This document shows positions 1-12,200 of a DNA stretch of 64,000 bases, piece by piece. Positions within the stretch are counted from its first letter, which is position 1. Every line of letters starts with the position of its first letter. This DNA comes from Blasia pusilla. Lineage: Eukaryota. The notes under the pieces are model-generated. The model searched no databases. It was not told where the DNA came from and saw only the letters and a list, made by a program, of their open reading frames with translations. The position numbers and the translations under genes are program-made. The stretch lies in assembly GCA_050084515.1 (NCBI GenBank), contig CM114271.1, forward strand, positions 7,378,001 through 7,442,000, written 5' to 3'.

Positions 1-394
1 TATGCTCATTAAGTAGTGCCTGTCGTAGCCTTGTGACCAAAAACCCCACGCCCTGGTTGGATGGTGCTTGAGACCGGGATGGGTGTAGAGAGAGAAGCAA
101 GTGAAGAAGGTACCATATGAGAGGAGGGAGACAGTCTCATATAGTATGAGTGCGAGAGAGAGACTGTACTCATTAAGTAGTGCCTGACGTAGCCTTGCGA
201 CCATAAACCCCGCCCTCTGGTTGGACGGTGCTTGAGACTGGGATGGGCGTAGAGAGAGAAGCAAGTGAAGAAGGTACCATATGAGAGAGAGAGAGACAGT
301 CTCATATAGTATGAGTGCGAGAGAGAGACTCTACTCATTAAGTAGTGCCTGTCGTAGCCTTGCGACCATAGACCCCGCGCCCTGGTTGGACGGT
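1..394 (-). repeat. Head-to-tail array of LINE-A 3' ends (two full 164-165 bp units plus one partial; runs off the window edge)
   Basis: CTCATTAAGTAGTGCC recurs at 5, 169 and 334. Each unit is the reverse complement of about 51083-51240, the 3' end of the LINE at 46506-51281. Units are separated by short (GA)4-5 runs. Confidence 0.92.
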
Positions 395-405
395 GTGTTT
401 AGAGG

Positions 406-409
<4 letters not shown>

Positions 410-468
<59 letters not shown>
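410..468. repeat. (GA)n microsatellite
   Basis: Perfect dinucleotide run about 10 bp past the stop codon of the HAD gene. Confidence 0.99.
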
Positions 469-470
<2 letters not shown>

Positions 471-477
471 TTTCAGG

Positions 478-3400
478 CTATTTCAACTTTGTGCAAAAGT
501 CAGGTAGATCCACCACGTGTACCCGAGGAATTGCAGCAGCTGAGACCCTTTCTTTCTCAGTGTTATAACCCCATGAAGCTGAGTAGATATGCAATATGAC
601 AGCATTTGAAGACACGATCACAAACGAGCGAAATGGAGATGGGTTAATTAGACTTCTCTGTGCCACAAACTACAAAGCTGCCTATTATCAAACAATCTTA
701 GAACTTGGATTCTTTCTGATTACTAGTGATTACTCTAGCTAAAGTCTTCCTATCTCTAACGTAAGCATTCATCAATCAATGAGAATAGTTAAATGGAATT
801 GCATGTATGGAGATAGGACGTACCTAGATACAGGTTCCAACTGTCCAATTCAGAATCTTTTATAACATTCTGGAGAGTGGCGAGCCGATCTTCTACAAAG
901 CTGCAGCAAGGGATTAAATCAATATATATATTCTGCCCTAAAATATTCTGCTTGACTGATCTAGTTAATCCATAAAGTTCTCTGTCATAAACGGCAGTTC
1001 ATCAGAGACTTACTGTAGAGTCATGCCCTGATGCTCAGGACGGGCTTGTAGCTGCTTCAAAATCTCTACTTTCGGCCTGTTGCCATACAAACATGTACAC
1101 CCACTTCTTTATGAGAGCTGAGATCCTAAGATATCATTCACATCAAACAAAGCATTGAAACATTCCTACTGTAGTTGGAGTTACATTCCACCTGCTTCGT
1201 TTATGTGCTTAACAAGCATTATACATATTTCCAAATTCAAAGGATGATAAAAAGAGCAGCAGATTGTATCACTCTAATCAAATTGTTTCCACATCATTTT
1301 TCGTACCAATGCTTATTTCCTAATTGTCTTGTTTACTGATGCACCGTAGGACCAAATTGGATACCATTACATGAAAGTCGATCTGCACATCCAATTCTTT
1401 TAAATAAGTCACAGTTCTACATTTAGACAATTATAGAGAGAGATGAATAAGCCCACCCTGAGCCCAATCCATATATATGTTCAGGAGGAATCTCCACTCC
1501 AGCAATCTCTTTGAGCAGCAAAGCAGCAAATCGTGCCTGGAACAGGATATCAAGAGTGACGACAATTTCAATGAGAATAATTCAAAGCCCATTGAGGAAA
1601 AGTATGAGGCATCCATCCTCCTACTATGTCGGAACCCAAAGCAAGCATAAAAATTAAGGCAAAGGGAGCTCCTGACAAGTTTGGAGCACTACCCAGCTTT
1701 GGCCTACCTGCTTGGTTGTAACAATGTACAAGGATGAAGTTGCAAATTTAATTGCATCTCCTGTTCCTGGATAGAACCTGCCAATGCAGTAACCATATTG
1801 CATGTTGAGGCCAGGCTCATGTTGGTGCAAGGTCATTGTTTTGCTCCCAATAATTGTCTCTCACTGGATGCACTACATATTTCCTGCTAACCAACCTTTC
1901 AACAATCTCCACATCCATCCATATGCTTCCATGCTAATCCAAACCATCCAAACTGTTTTTCGTCTCACTATTACCAGTCAGCTTGGGCAAATTCAAGAGA
2001 ACCTCACATTCTCTTCATACCTACATAAACCCATCAACCTGTCGAGGAGCAGTGCCCTGCCGGAAGGTAATTTCTCAAACGAAGCACATTCTAACATTAC
2101 ATTCCTGACAACAGTATGTAGTGTCACCTATTTGCTTTGATCCAGCCGCTCAGATCTTGTGAGATCCAGTTGTCCCTAATTTCTGCAAACAGCTCCACGA
2201 GATGCTCTTTGTTTTCCTCGCGCCAGTGCTTCTTCAGCTGGGGCATAATTGTCGCCCATGATTCCAAAATCTCCTGAATAGTGAGATGCTTACTGACCTG
2301 AATTGGTCAACATGCTGTACCCGTTATTTCCTTCTGATGCTAAAACCGCCGCAACAAGTCATAGACAACAAATTCACTGGCGGTTAGAATCGAAGAAATG
2401 GACATCGGCTCTAGGCATTAGCCAGAATGCACAACCGGACTTCTTGTTCTTACTGCTGAATTTTGGTCATGAGGCCGCTTGAGCTCCAGCAACAGGCGCA
2501 CCAGCAAGACGTTTTCATACCCTGTCTCCACCACTGGTCGAACCTAAAAAACATCATGACGAGGGACTCAGACAAAAAATCAACTACCCACATTTCAATT
2601 TGTGTGCGCGCTGAGTCCGATTGGCGCTGCTGACATCTTCGACCGACAGCTCGAGAGAATCCCTTCTTCACCTACGACGGCATGCACACTGGGACTCTGT
2701 AGGCTCAGATGAGCCAAACAACAGCAGGGTAAGGGATCTCGACAGAAAAATAATCGCTTCAACTTGTCAGGTTTCAATTAGTGTGTATGGACAGTGGTTT
2801 CCTTTTTCTGTAGGCTCAGATGAACCACAAAACATCAAGGTAAGGGACTCGCACTGAAAATAAGCTCTTTAACTACTCTAGTTTCAATTCGTGTGTACGC
2901 CCACCAGCGTCCTTTCCCTGTAGGATCAGACGAGCGATCAGATACAGCCCAAGGTTACCGAGCTACAGATAATGTGGGAGGACAAAAAGAGGAGCGCTTA
3001 CCGTTTGCATGCTGTCGAGAATCCATGACTCGACACTGCCATCCACACCAACAAAGAGCTCGGGCCATCGATATTTTGCTGCCTACAAAGCGCTTAACTT
3101 GTAACTTAGTACTTTCTATATCACGAATGCACTGATCTCTCATCAAAACCCACTTGAATCATCGCTGAATTAGCTTCATGCGTGTCAGATCAGATGTTGA
3201 GCAATTTGCACCCCTATCAATCGTGATTCGTGATCACAATTGATATCCTTCCATTGAAGTATGCTCACTGGAGAGACACTGTAGCCGTCAGACAGAACTT
3301 ACTGTGCTGGACGAATCCCTGCGCGACTCCTTGCTTTCCCACGCCATTCACGGAATACATTGCCGCTCCATGTCCCACAGAGTTCCTTTCCCAAAATCCC

Positions 3401-3739
3401 AGAACACTAGAGACTAACCCACCTCTGCAGACCTCGATTTCCATGCAGACTAAATGAAGAAGACTACAAATTTCTCAAATCAAAATATGCCATGCCAAAC
3501 GTCTCTCTCGGTGCTACGCCACTGTGAAGGCCACTCGCTCGCAACGACAATCGCATCTACGCTGCAGACAATTCTGACTCGAAATTGAGCTATACTACAC
3601 ACTCTGAAAAGTACCCTCAAGCGCTCGGCCCCAGAGAATGATTTTCGAAGGCAAAACCCACCTTGAGAGCAGACTTGGCGCTCTCACCACAACTGTCGCA
3701 GAGGACTCCATCAAAGTCCAGCGCATACAGGTGCCCCAT
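478..3739 (-). CDS. HAD-superfamily hydrolase-like protein, At2g45990-like, 9 exons, 269 aa
   Basis: Exons with GT-AG introns and matching phases: 3739-3662, 3082-3002, 2543-2454, 2297-2128, 1777-1708, 1536-1457, 1076-1014, 900-824, 578-478 (810 nt). Protein reads MGHLYALDFDGVLCDSCGESAKSALK...VRPVVETGYENVLLVRLLLE...RFYPGTGDAIKFATSSLYIVTTKQ...GLGSGPKVEILK...FVEDRLATLQNVIK...SWGYNTEKER...FCTKLK*, with HAD motif I (DFDG). An N-terminal extension upstream of 3739 is possible. Confidence 0.93.
2560..2960. repeat. Diverged ~110 bp tandem repeat filling an intron of the HAD gene
   Basis: CTGTAGG(C/A)TCAGA at ~2697, ~2808 and ~2918; TTTCAATT.GTGTG at ~2593, ~2772 and ~2882. Confidence 0.75.
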
Positions 3740-4072
3740 GCTGCGGCTCTTCTTCTTAATTGGACGTTGTCTGGCTCCTGTCCCTGCGCTGGATGGTATT
3801 TTTTGTATACACCTAGACGAAACTGACCCTCCTCTCAGTTTTGCCCTCCGCTGAGCGATCTATGCCCGTTGTGGGTGTACAGCATTGGACAGAAGCATCT
3901 GGCACAGAATCGTTTCTGCCGCTGAGTAGGTCTGCTGCAAGTCCATAAAACTAAGTCCGGATTCTAGTAAGGAAGGAGAGAAAAGGACTGCTATGGGCGC
4001 TGCTAAGTAGACTTTTCTCAGCTGACAAGTAGTTCTGCTGGGAGTCTGGTAAGCTGAGACAGGACTCATAAA

Positions 4073-4100
4073 AGAGACTGAACTCATTAAGTAGTGCCTG
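4073..4100 (-). mobile_element. Minimal LINE-A 3'-tail remnant
   Basis: AGAGACTGAACTCATTAAGTAGTGCCTG matches the tail AGAGACTGTACTCATTAAGTAGTGCCTG with one mismatch. Confidence 0.8.
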
Positions 4101-4519
4101 GGACTATGAGAGGGATTCACTTTGTCGATTCCTGTGCAGTAGATGAAATGATGGACGAACACGTGTGATCCGAATCGAGATGTTTCTTTGTTGGAGTGCT
4201 TTAGCTCTACTGGTGATGTGGCGTCGCCGCGTGGCTCGGCGGGATGGGGAGAAAGTAATGTGGACGACACGTGGGTGGATCTACTCCTCTTCATTGATAG
4301 ATTGATTTATTACGGCCTCGGTTTAAAATGATGTCTTATGCCCGGCCATCTTGTATCCCGAGGCTACGTCCACGTGGCTAAAAGTATTGCGTGGATTATT
4401 TTTCCACCGTAGGATCATTTCACAACGGATTAGAACTCACCCGTTTTGGTCCATTGTAATTAGTGAAGGTAATATGTGGTTTTACACGTCCCGAGGGTAG
4501 CACATGCTTCATTTGAAGG

Positions 4520-5960
4520 GTTCATTATGTTGTCTATTGCTTGGGAGAGTGGATTTCATGTACAAAGAGAGATGCACTATTCCATGCGGGATTTTCTTAT
4601 CCGTGCTGATCTCTACATGACGAGGGAGTCTGAGGTGGTGGTAGCGGATGTTGTAGTGACGGATCCTACGCGGGAGGCGCTGCGAGCCCAAATGGTAGCA
4701 CAAGGGAGATTGTTACAAGGAGCGGTGGCGGCGGCGGCGAAGACCCACATTTAGAGTCGACTTCATGACGGACATCGATTTATCCCCCTATGTCGCAACC
4801 CTCATGACCAAACGAGTGCCAAAGCAGAACATCGGAACATTAGCGGGCTCACGCTAAGATGGTTTGCGCTTTGGAGTAGTCTCGAAGAAGAGACAAGAGA
4901 CGAGACGCAAGCGAGGCTTCGCGTTTCAGATGTTGTGGTCGCGACCGAGAAACCTGGACCAAACGCGGAATAAGACTTGAAAAGAGTCGAGTCTAGAAAA
5001 TGGGTTGCCAAAGGAAGGAATCCGGATTTGGAACGTCACTAACGTTTGAGAGTTTCCGACTGTATTTATAACCATAACTTTTAGCTCCAAGATGCGTTTG
5101 GATTAAAAAAGAGTGCGTTAGAAGGCTTATGGAAAGCCGGTTCAAACGCACTAAAGATCTTTGCAAACGCATAAGCAGCGGCTGAGAAAAAACCCAGAAA
5201 CGACTATAAGTAGAGTCGGGTTGAGGGTCACAATGAAGGGCCCGACCCTCTTTTTCCAAAGGGGGGGGGGTTATTGGAGAACCAGAAGTACTTGTAAGGG
5301 GGAAGGTCTCCGAGAGTGCTTGGAACTCGAACCCCAATTTGGGCGCCATGGGGCGGCTCAAGGGCATGGAACGGATCGAGAGTTTGGGGTTGGGTTGGAA
5401 AACCTGAACCAAGTCTATGGAGGCAATTTTGGACATCCCTCTTGGATTTCACCCCGCGACTCAATTACTTGGGTCTCGGTTTGGAACTCGCATGAAGTCC
5501 GTTGAACATTTGGGATCGCTAGGCACGCAAGTACCGTTTTAGGTTCCTGGACTAATCAAGAAGTCTATTCCAAGTCTTGAAGGACTTGCCATGTTTTGGA
5601 AACTAGGAATTAAGGAAGGTTGAGCTTGATGAGACGCCAAGTTGAGAACTCGTTGGGTTGGAACGTTGATTGGCCTAGACCCGACTAACGAGAGTGCGTG
5701 TTTAGGTGCAGATCGGCGATGAGATCGTGTCCTATTGAACGTACGCTTCCGCAACACTAAAGATTGACGTTCAAGGAGAGTAGGGGCGCGACACCCTAGC
5801 CATTGAGATGTACGGGGCGATGGGGGAGAGGTTTGATTCATTCCTTACGGATTGCGCCCATCATCTCCAGTTGAGAAATGGGTTGTCCTTAGCCACTGCG
5901 ATACTTTATTGTAGGCAACGGGTTTCCATAACTTTGCAGCGCGCCCAGGAAAATGGGCTT
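4520..5960 (+). mobile_element. CRE-like non-LTR retrotransposon C-terminal restriction-like endonuclease fragment, split by a solo LTR
   Basis: IAWESGFHVQRE...RADLY...VVVADVVVTDPT...AAAAK...HRFIPL then AIEMYGAMG...RQRVSITLQRAQ. Removing 4791-5793 and one TSD copy restores FIPLAIEMYG in frame. Contains an internal stop. Confidence 0.75.
4791..5793. mobile_element. Solo LTR (copy 1), 1003 bp
   Basis: TGTCGC...GCGACA termini; 5-bp TSD CCCTA at 4786-4790 and 5794-5798; TATAAATA on the minus strand near 5062-5069; colinear with 62662-63665. Confidence 0.9.
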
Positions 5961-7022
5961 GCGGCGGGCTCAGACGGTTGGAGACGCCAATGCTAGAGGC
6001 CCACTTAGTAGTAGTCATAGTTCTCTAGGTGTTGCTGATATTGTCTCTGTTGTCGGTGATTTTGGTCGTTAGGGGGGAATGCCCCCTTCTTTCTCCTCGG
6101 GGCCGGTTCCGGCCTCTTGAGGTCTACTTTTTGGGTCTCCATGCCCCCTCTTTTGTATCGTGATGGGTTTCCCATCCTTTTTCTTCATATATATATTTTT
6201 ATATTCTTCTTTGAAGGCCCTTTGAAGGAGATCATTTTTACGTTGCGGATCTTTACTACGCCTCGTTATTAGGTCTCGGATCTTCAGTTGCCACAAGTGG
6301 TCTTCACTGTCCCTCATTGTTGTTGTTTCTTTTTCCTTAGTGTTGCAGCGTGCTGACACGGATGGTCTCTCCCAAGGTTCAGGGAGTTTTTCTGGGGGAA
6401 CCAGTGAGTTACCGGTCTTTGGCGTCCGGGGTCAGATTTTTGGAAAATCCGATCGGTAATAATTGGCTGTTTTGGAAGTAGGCGGTAAATTTCTGCTGAT
6501 GTAATTTTACTACAGTAAATTTCTGAATATTTTAATATTTAAACGGCAAGTTTCCTATTCATTTGGAAGGCCCGATAAATATCCGGAAAACTCTTAATAT
6601 AGTCGGAAAAATTTTCTCGGCCTCTTGTGGATACATTTATCCTTTAGGAACTTCATTGTGCAACAATCCTCTCCAAAGTCCGCAAACCTCTCCTAAGCCC
6701 AAACTTTCCAAAGTCTTCAGAATTCGGCCCTCATCTCCAAAATCTCACCTCTCTTCTTAAAACTTCCTTGGCAAGATTTGAACCTGGCAGGCCTCCCACC
6801 ACTTGGGAGCCAAGGATCATCCAAGTTTCTCAGGTCCTCACTCCTTCTATCCCCACATTCGCAATTTCACATCCTTGATAGGAATTGAACCTGGCAAGGC
6901 TTCCCACCATTTGGGAACCAAGGATCCAACCCCTTCATAGTACATTAAAGTTTTTATCACAAAATCTTTAATGTATTACAAAATGGACCCTAACGTCTCA
7001 CCTCTCCCTCCCTCCCTACCTA

Positions 7023-9275
7023 CTAAACATCTGAAACTAGTGCATTTGGAGAATCTTCTACAATTGCAACCTCTACTATGGTGTCCACATCATTCACATA
7101 TCTCTCTAGGTTAGCATACACATACCTAAAGTGTGCAAAGTTTTTCCAAAGCACTACTGATTCAACCAATAGATCCTCATAGTCAACAATCTTCCCCTCC
7201 AAGGCTATCCTAAGAACAACATCTAAATGCTTACTCAATAATCTATTATGACACTTTGTCTTTGTCATATTCTGCACAGAGAATGCACTCTCACAAATCG
7301 CAGTACTCACACATTGCACCTTAGCAATGTTGGCTAATACTAGCAAATTTTGAGAACTTACATTGCAAGGATGGGCTCCAATTTACCATTGTTTAGAGAT
7401 CTCAAAAGTTCATGTCTTTCCATTCTGTTGTGGCCATGAGCTTAAATAACTGAAACTCTTGTTTCACATCTCTTGAGTTCACAACAACAAGTTGCAAATG
7501 ACTCTTGAGAGGAGCATCCCTTCCAAAATGTGCACAAAGATCATCTACATCCTTACAACCCCAACTGTTCAATCTACTAGCCTAGAGGGCAAATGCAAAA
7601 GGGATTCATAATCCTCATTGGACCAATCAGATTATTGTCCTTGAATCGATTTTGTAAGGCCGCACATATATTGTCAGCATAACTCCTGTGGAAAGTTAGA
7701 GCAGCCTGCAAATCTTTTCCAGTATGATCCCTCAACATTTCAATGTTGCGGTACTTTCTACCCCTAATCTCAGATTGCAATCGTTTCAAATATCCTCGAG
7801 GAGGTTTAGAATCATGTAAGAGATGATAACCTATTGCCTCAGAGAATGTAGAAGCATTCAAGTCATGATTCTCCATCATAAAGTTCATTGTAATGGAGGC
7901 TAAATCAGAATTCACAGTACTACCAATGGTACTAACATCTACAAACTTATATTGGAATACCTTACTCAAGTTAGCAAATATAAATAAGATATCTGCCAAA
8001 AAGAACAATTGATAGATCATTTCAAATTATCTTAACTTATCGTACATATTAGCAACATTACCATCGTCTTCGGAGCGGGAAATATCCCTGAAATATGTGA
8101 GGACAGACTCTAACCAGTCACACAAAGTAGTCACGGCTTGCCATCGTGACAACCAGCAAATTTTGTGATATCTTTTCATCACTCTCTGAGAATCATTCAA
8201 CTTCTCCTGCAAAGCAGCAAGCCCACACTCCCTCTTTGAAGATCTCCTGAAATATTCAACTATAGCATTCAAGAGAGAGTCTATTTCTATAGATACATCT
8301 TTACACCCTAGTCCTTTGGCTCCTGTCAAAGAGCAAGGTTGGTCCTATGTGCAACGCAATGTACAGAGAGCATAAAAGGGTTTACCTTCTGCTTCAATTG
8401 ACTTGCTACTCCATTCTGACTACCTACCATAGTGGAGTCTCCGTCTGATCCAAAAGCTACCATTTTAGAACTGTCTAGTCAAGAGTCCAGGATCAACTCT
8501 ATGAGATTTTTGGTAATTGCATTAGAACACTTCTCTGGACATTGCAACAATCGTAGAAAAGAATTCTCCACTTACCCCTCTTGTAAGTAAGTTGCAAATA
8601 CCACCAGATGACCCGTTATTGAAATATCAGTAGACTCATCTATCATTATCCCAAAGAAAAGAGATTGTTGTACTTTTAAAAGAGTTCTTCTATGCAGAAC
8701 CTGACTAATGTAGTAACACATATGTGGACAACTCTTCTCATCTTGGTACAAATCTCGAGTAATGGGTGCATTTACCGACAGCAAAAACTTACACATGTTC
8801 AAAAATTTGGCAAAAGCCATTTATTCCTTCGCAATAAATAAGCACATTTAAACAATGTCAATAAGGCAGTGTCACAAGTACGATTAGAAGTGGCAATGGC
8901 CTTGTCCATGGACCTGTTTCCTACATTAGCAACCCAAGAAAGCTTCATGTGCTCATTAGATTTACCATGATCACTTAAGGCTGAAACCTTACAGTTTATA
9001 GCACCATCCCTTGCGAAAGAATTCTTGCCCTACCCCTTCCCATACAATTTACAAAATATTCTACCGGATTCTACATGGAACTCTATCCAATCAAATAAGG
9101 AGTAACAGACATCCTTCCAAGCCAATCGATTCTTCTCAATCTAGGGTTCGAAAGGAGAGCATGATCTGTTAACTTCCTATCCATCTGATGACTCTGAGCA
9201 ATTTCTATCCTATGGAAAGTCATGGCCTACTTCTTTGTTTAACATCTCACTCATAGTTTTTTGTCTCTTAGCCAT
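7023..9275 (-). pseudogene. hAT-superfamily transposase (ZNF862/ZMYM-like), decayed
   Basis: N-terminal zinc-finger-like WIEF...FCKLY...H...H; FFGIMIDESTDIS; HCVAHRTNLAL; WLSRWQAV; C-terminal hAT dimerization motif STAICESAFSVQN. Many stops and frameshifts. The element probably spans ~6380-10755, with CCGG-rich subterminal motifs. Confidence 0.88.
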
Positions 9276-12200
9276 CTATGAGACACAATCGATGTCCAAG
9301 AAAACAAGGGGTAGCCTAGTCTACTTTAGTACATGTAAGTCTTAAGACCTTTAAGCCGAAGTTCCCACCCCTAAAAAAAAATCAAAACCCTATTTTCAAG
9401 AAGGAAAATGATACAATACGCAATTGCAAAGCGAAGGGAGTTGCGGAAGGATAACAAATACATGTCTAAAACTCGTGAATGAAGTAATGAAAAACAGCAA
9501 AGTGTGTTAAGAAACCTATCAGGTTAGAAAACTACCTAAACAATGATCCGAACCTGTGTAAACCAAGTATCTGGAGGGTAGACCAATCTGCACAATCGTT
9601 GTATATGCGAAGTTGGGTCTCAGGACTACAGGTTGAGAGATTGGGCCGAAAGATGGGAAAGAACGTCCGAGGGAGTTAATGGAGCTCACGACTACTACAA
9701 TGAGTTCAGGAAATGGCGAGATGCAACAAAAGTCATTTCACAAAGGCCCAAACCAACACGAGACAAGAATCAAGAAATAGCCACAGAAGCCGAGAGTCCA
9801 AATTCACAAGCTCAAAGCCCGACAAGAGCAAGTGTCCACACCAACTGTCAGCCACAAACCGAACATCGAGAGTGAAGACACCTGCTACTACCGTGCACAT
9901 GTAGAATCGAGGCAAGTCGATTGACAAGCCGAGCTCGATGCAATGACAGTGGTTCTCCCCTCGACTTCAGAAGTTCAGAATGGCCAGTCTCAAGTAAACA
10001 GGTCGACCCCTAAACGAAAATTCCTCCACCTATCACTTCGAGAACCTCCTACAGCCAGGGAGACTCAAATGAACGAGTCGAGATTTGATAATCTCATAGT
10101 AGAGAAATTGTGAGTACACAGCAAGAGAGTCGAGACTAGACTCTCAAGAGGGGAAACAAATAGTTGACGAGAACCTCACGAGTCACAACGAGCAACAAAG
10201 AGTGATTCAGAGTCCACACTCGAGAGGGGAAACGACGAGAGCGATGATCGATCACACAGTAGCAATAGGAAGTGAGGGGCCCGACCTCAATCCAACCCAC
10301 TACGCCCTCTGAGAGTCAGACTTCAGAGTCTTCGGAGTCTTTGGACTCCTTGGAGGTGGAGCACTGGAGCCGTTGGAGGCGGCTTGCCCTAAATCAGAGC
10401 CTTATCAGACGACTTACATCTCCTCCTCAGACTGATCCAACAGATATTGTACTTTCGGTTTACTGGCAGTCAGATACTAACCCGGCGGAAGTCCGGCTCC
10501 TTGAAAATGCTGACCAACCATATTCCGGCTCCCTACGTATGGAAACGACTATTTTTTGACGATATCCTCCCGGAAAGTAGTCAAATTCTGGCATCTAATT
10601 TTGCGGCCAGCTAGTTGCCGGAAAGGGGAAGACGTGAGCTGGAAATTCGACCAACTTTTTCCCCAAGGGGGCGGCAAATTTTTTTTTCCCCAGCTAGCTT
10701 TACACGCAGCCTCAGTTCTCCCCGGCCGTTGGTCTCTCCCCGCAAGCACTCTTGGTGCAAGGCTCCCTTCGCGCGCGTGAAATTCATGCGCCTACGCTAT
10801 GATCTTCATTACTACTAGCTATGTTAGTACCGTCTACGTTGTTTCTACCGCCGGCATCTCTGACTATGTCAGTCAAAGATTGCTAAGGATTGGATGGTCG
10901 AGCTTCCTTCTCCATCTCGGATTCATGTAAGAATCCGAGAGGTTTTCATGACATTTGCCCTTCAAAATTCGCACCTCCTTCTTGTTGTTGAAATTCATTC
11001 CCATGCCTCTTTCCCGTGCTTCTTAGTTGTAGTTTGTTCTTCACTTCCATGCTCACACGACCACTGCTACCAATACCGCAACGCCCTTCCCATTTCCCAC
11101 ATTATTTTCATTCCCGTGCTCTTCGCGTGTTTCCCGAGCTTCTTCGCGTGTCCGCGGTTCTCACAAATTGTGCCATCTAGCCTTACTGACTGATTGGTGC
11201 TCTATTCATAGTTTCCCGTGTGTGCTCTTTTTCATCCGCGTTCAGTAAGACCCACTACATTTCCATGTTTCTACATCTGATGTACATAAGATTTATTTTC
11301 TACTTACAAGGCTGTGTTAATCGGGCGTGTTGCATTTTTTCCGCAAGGCTCTTCATCCTGGTCATAGAGCTCGTGTGGAGTTGTTGCTGTCTACAATTTC
11401 CATTTTCTCCAAACCATCAAGGTCTACCCTCTCAAACTAGATCGTTCTTGTGCTGTCTGAAATTTTCCATCAATCCTTGAGGCATAGTAAACCTCCATTC
11501 ACTCCGTGGCTCAATCTCTGAACTTGACCTCTTGCCTGAGGTGAAATCCCCTTACCACCATCTTGGCTATGCTACTCCCTAAACTGATCCAAACCTGTTT
11601 TTGAAGATAGCTGGTCTTCTGTTCAATTACGACTAACCGTTCCTTGCTCTAATTCTAAACCTGAAGTCCCACTTCTGACTTTTGCCTATGTACGTCATGA
11701 GCTTCTTTTGGGATGCATTGAGCAAGACTCTTTTATGTTGTTGTAGTCTGTTCGACGCCTTCTTTTTCCCTTCAGATATTACCTTCATACTCTTCTTGCG
11801 GGTTCCAAATCCCCTCTTCACAAGCCCCAATTCCTCGCAATTGTCTACACACGGCAGAAGCTTACTGCACGCAGTGTCGCCATGTAGAGATCTTTCTCTG
11901 GCTACAAAGCACTTGCTGCTTCCCACACACTCGCTCCAATATGGAGATGCCCACTCCCTACTTCCATGTCTCATCATCGTTGCCACCTTCAGAGGGCGGC
12001 TCAAAACACACATCCTCCCTCCCTCCTCGCTTATTATCATGTCCATTTCCTGCTCTCACAACCCGCCTCCCGATTTCGACGCCAAAAAAACCTATAGAGT
12101 CCATTATGATGGCGGAGCTTGTCTCCAAGCGCCTCATCTAAACTCTTAGGGTTGCAACACCCATGAGCCACGCATGCTATGCATCGGGAAAACAAGGCGT

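Noticed and set aside
3860-4294. 144 aa ORF as a separate gene
   Set aside because: No motifs; it overlaps the probable promoter/5' region of the HAD gene (three CACGTG boxes at ~4160, 4268, 4370) and includes LINE tail sequence.
4802-5841. ORFs conserved between 4802-5841 and 62673-63666
   Set aside because: Similarity is explained by two copies of the same solo LTR; frames break differently and carry no protein motifs.
6380-10765. Exact TIRs and 8-bp TSD for the hAT element
   Set aside because: Only loose similarity (CAGGGAGTTTTTCTGGGGG versus CAAGAGTGCTTGCGGGG) and no clean TSD, so boundaries are not called.
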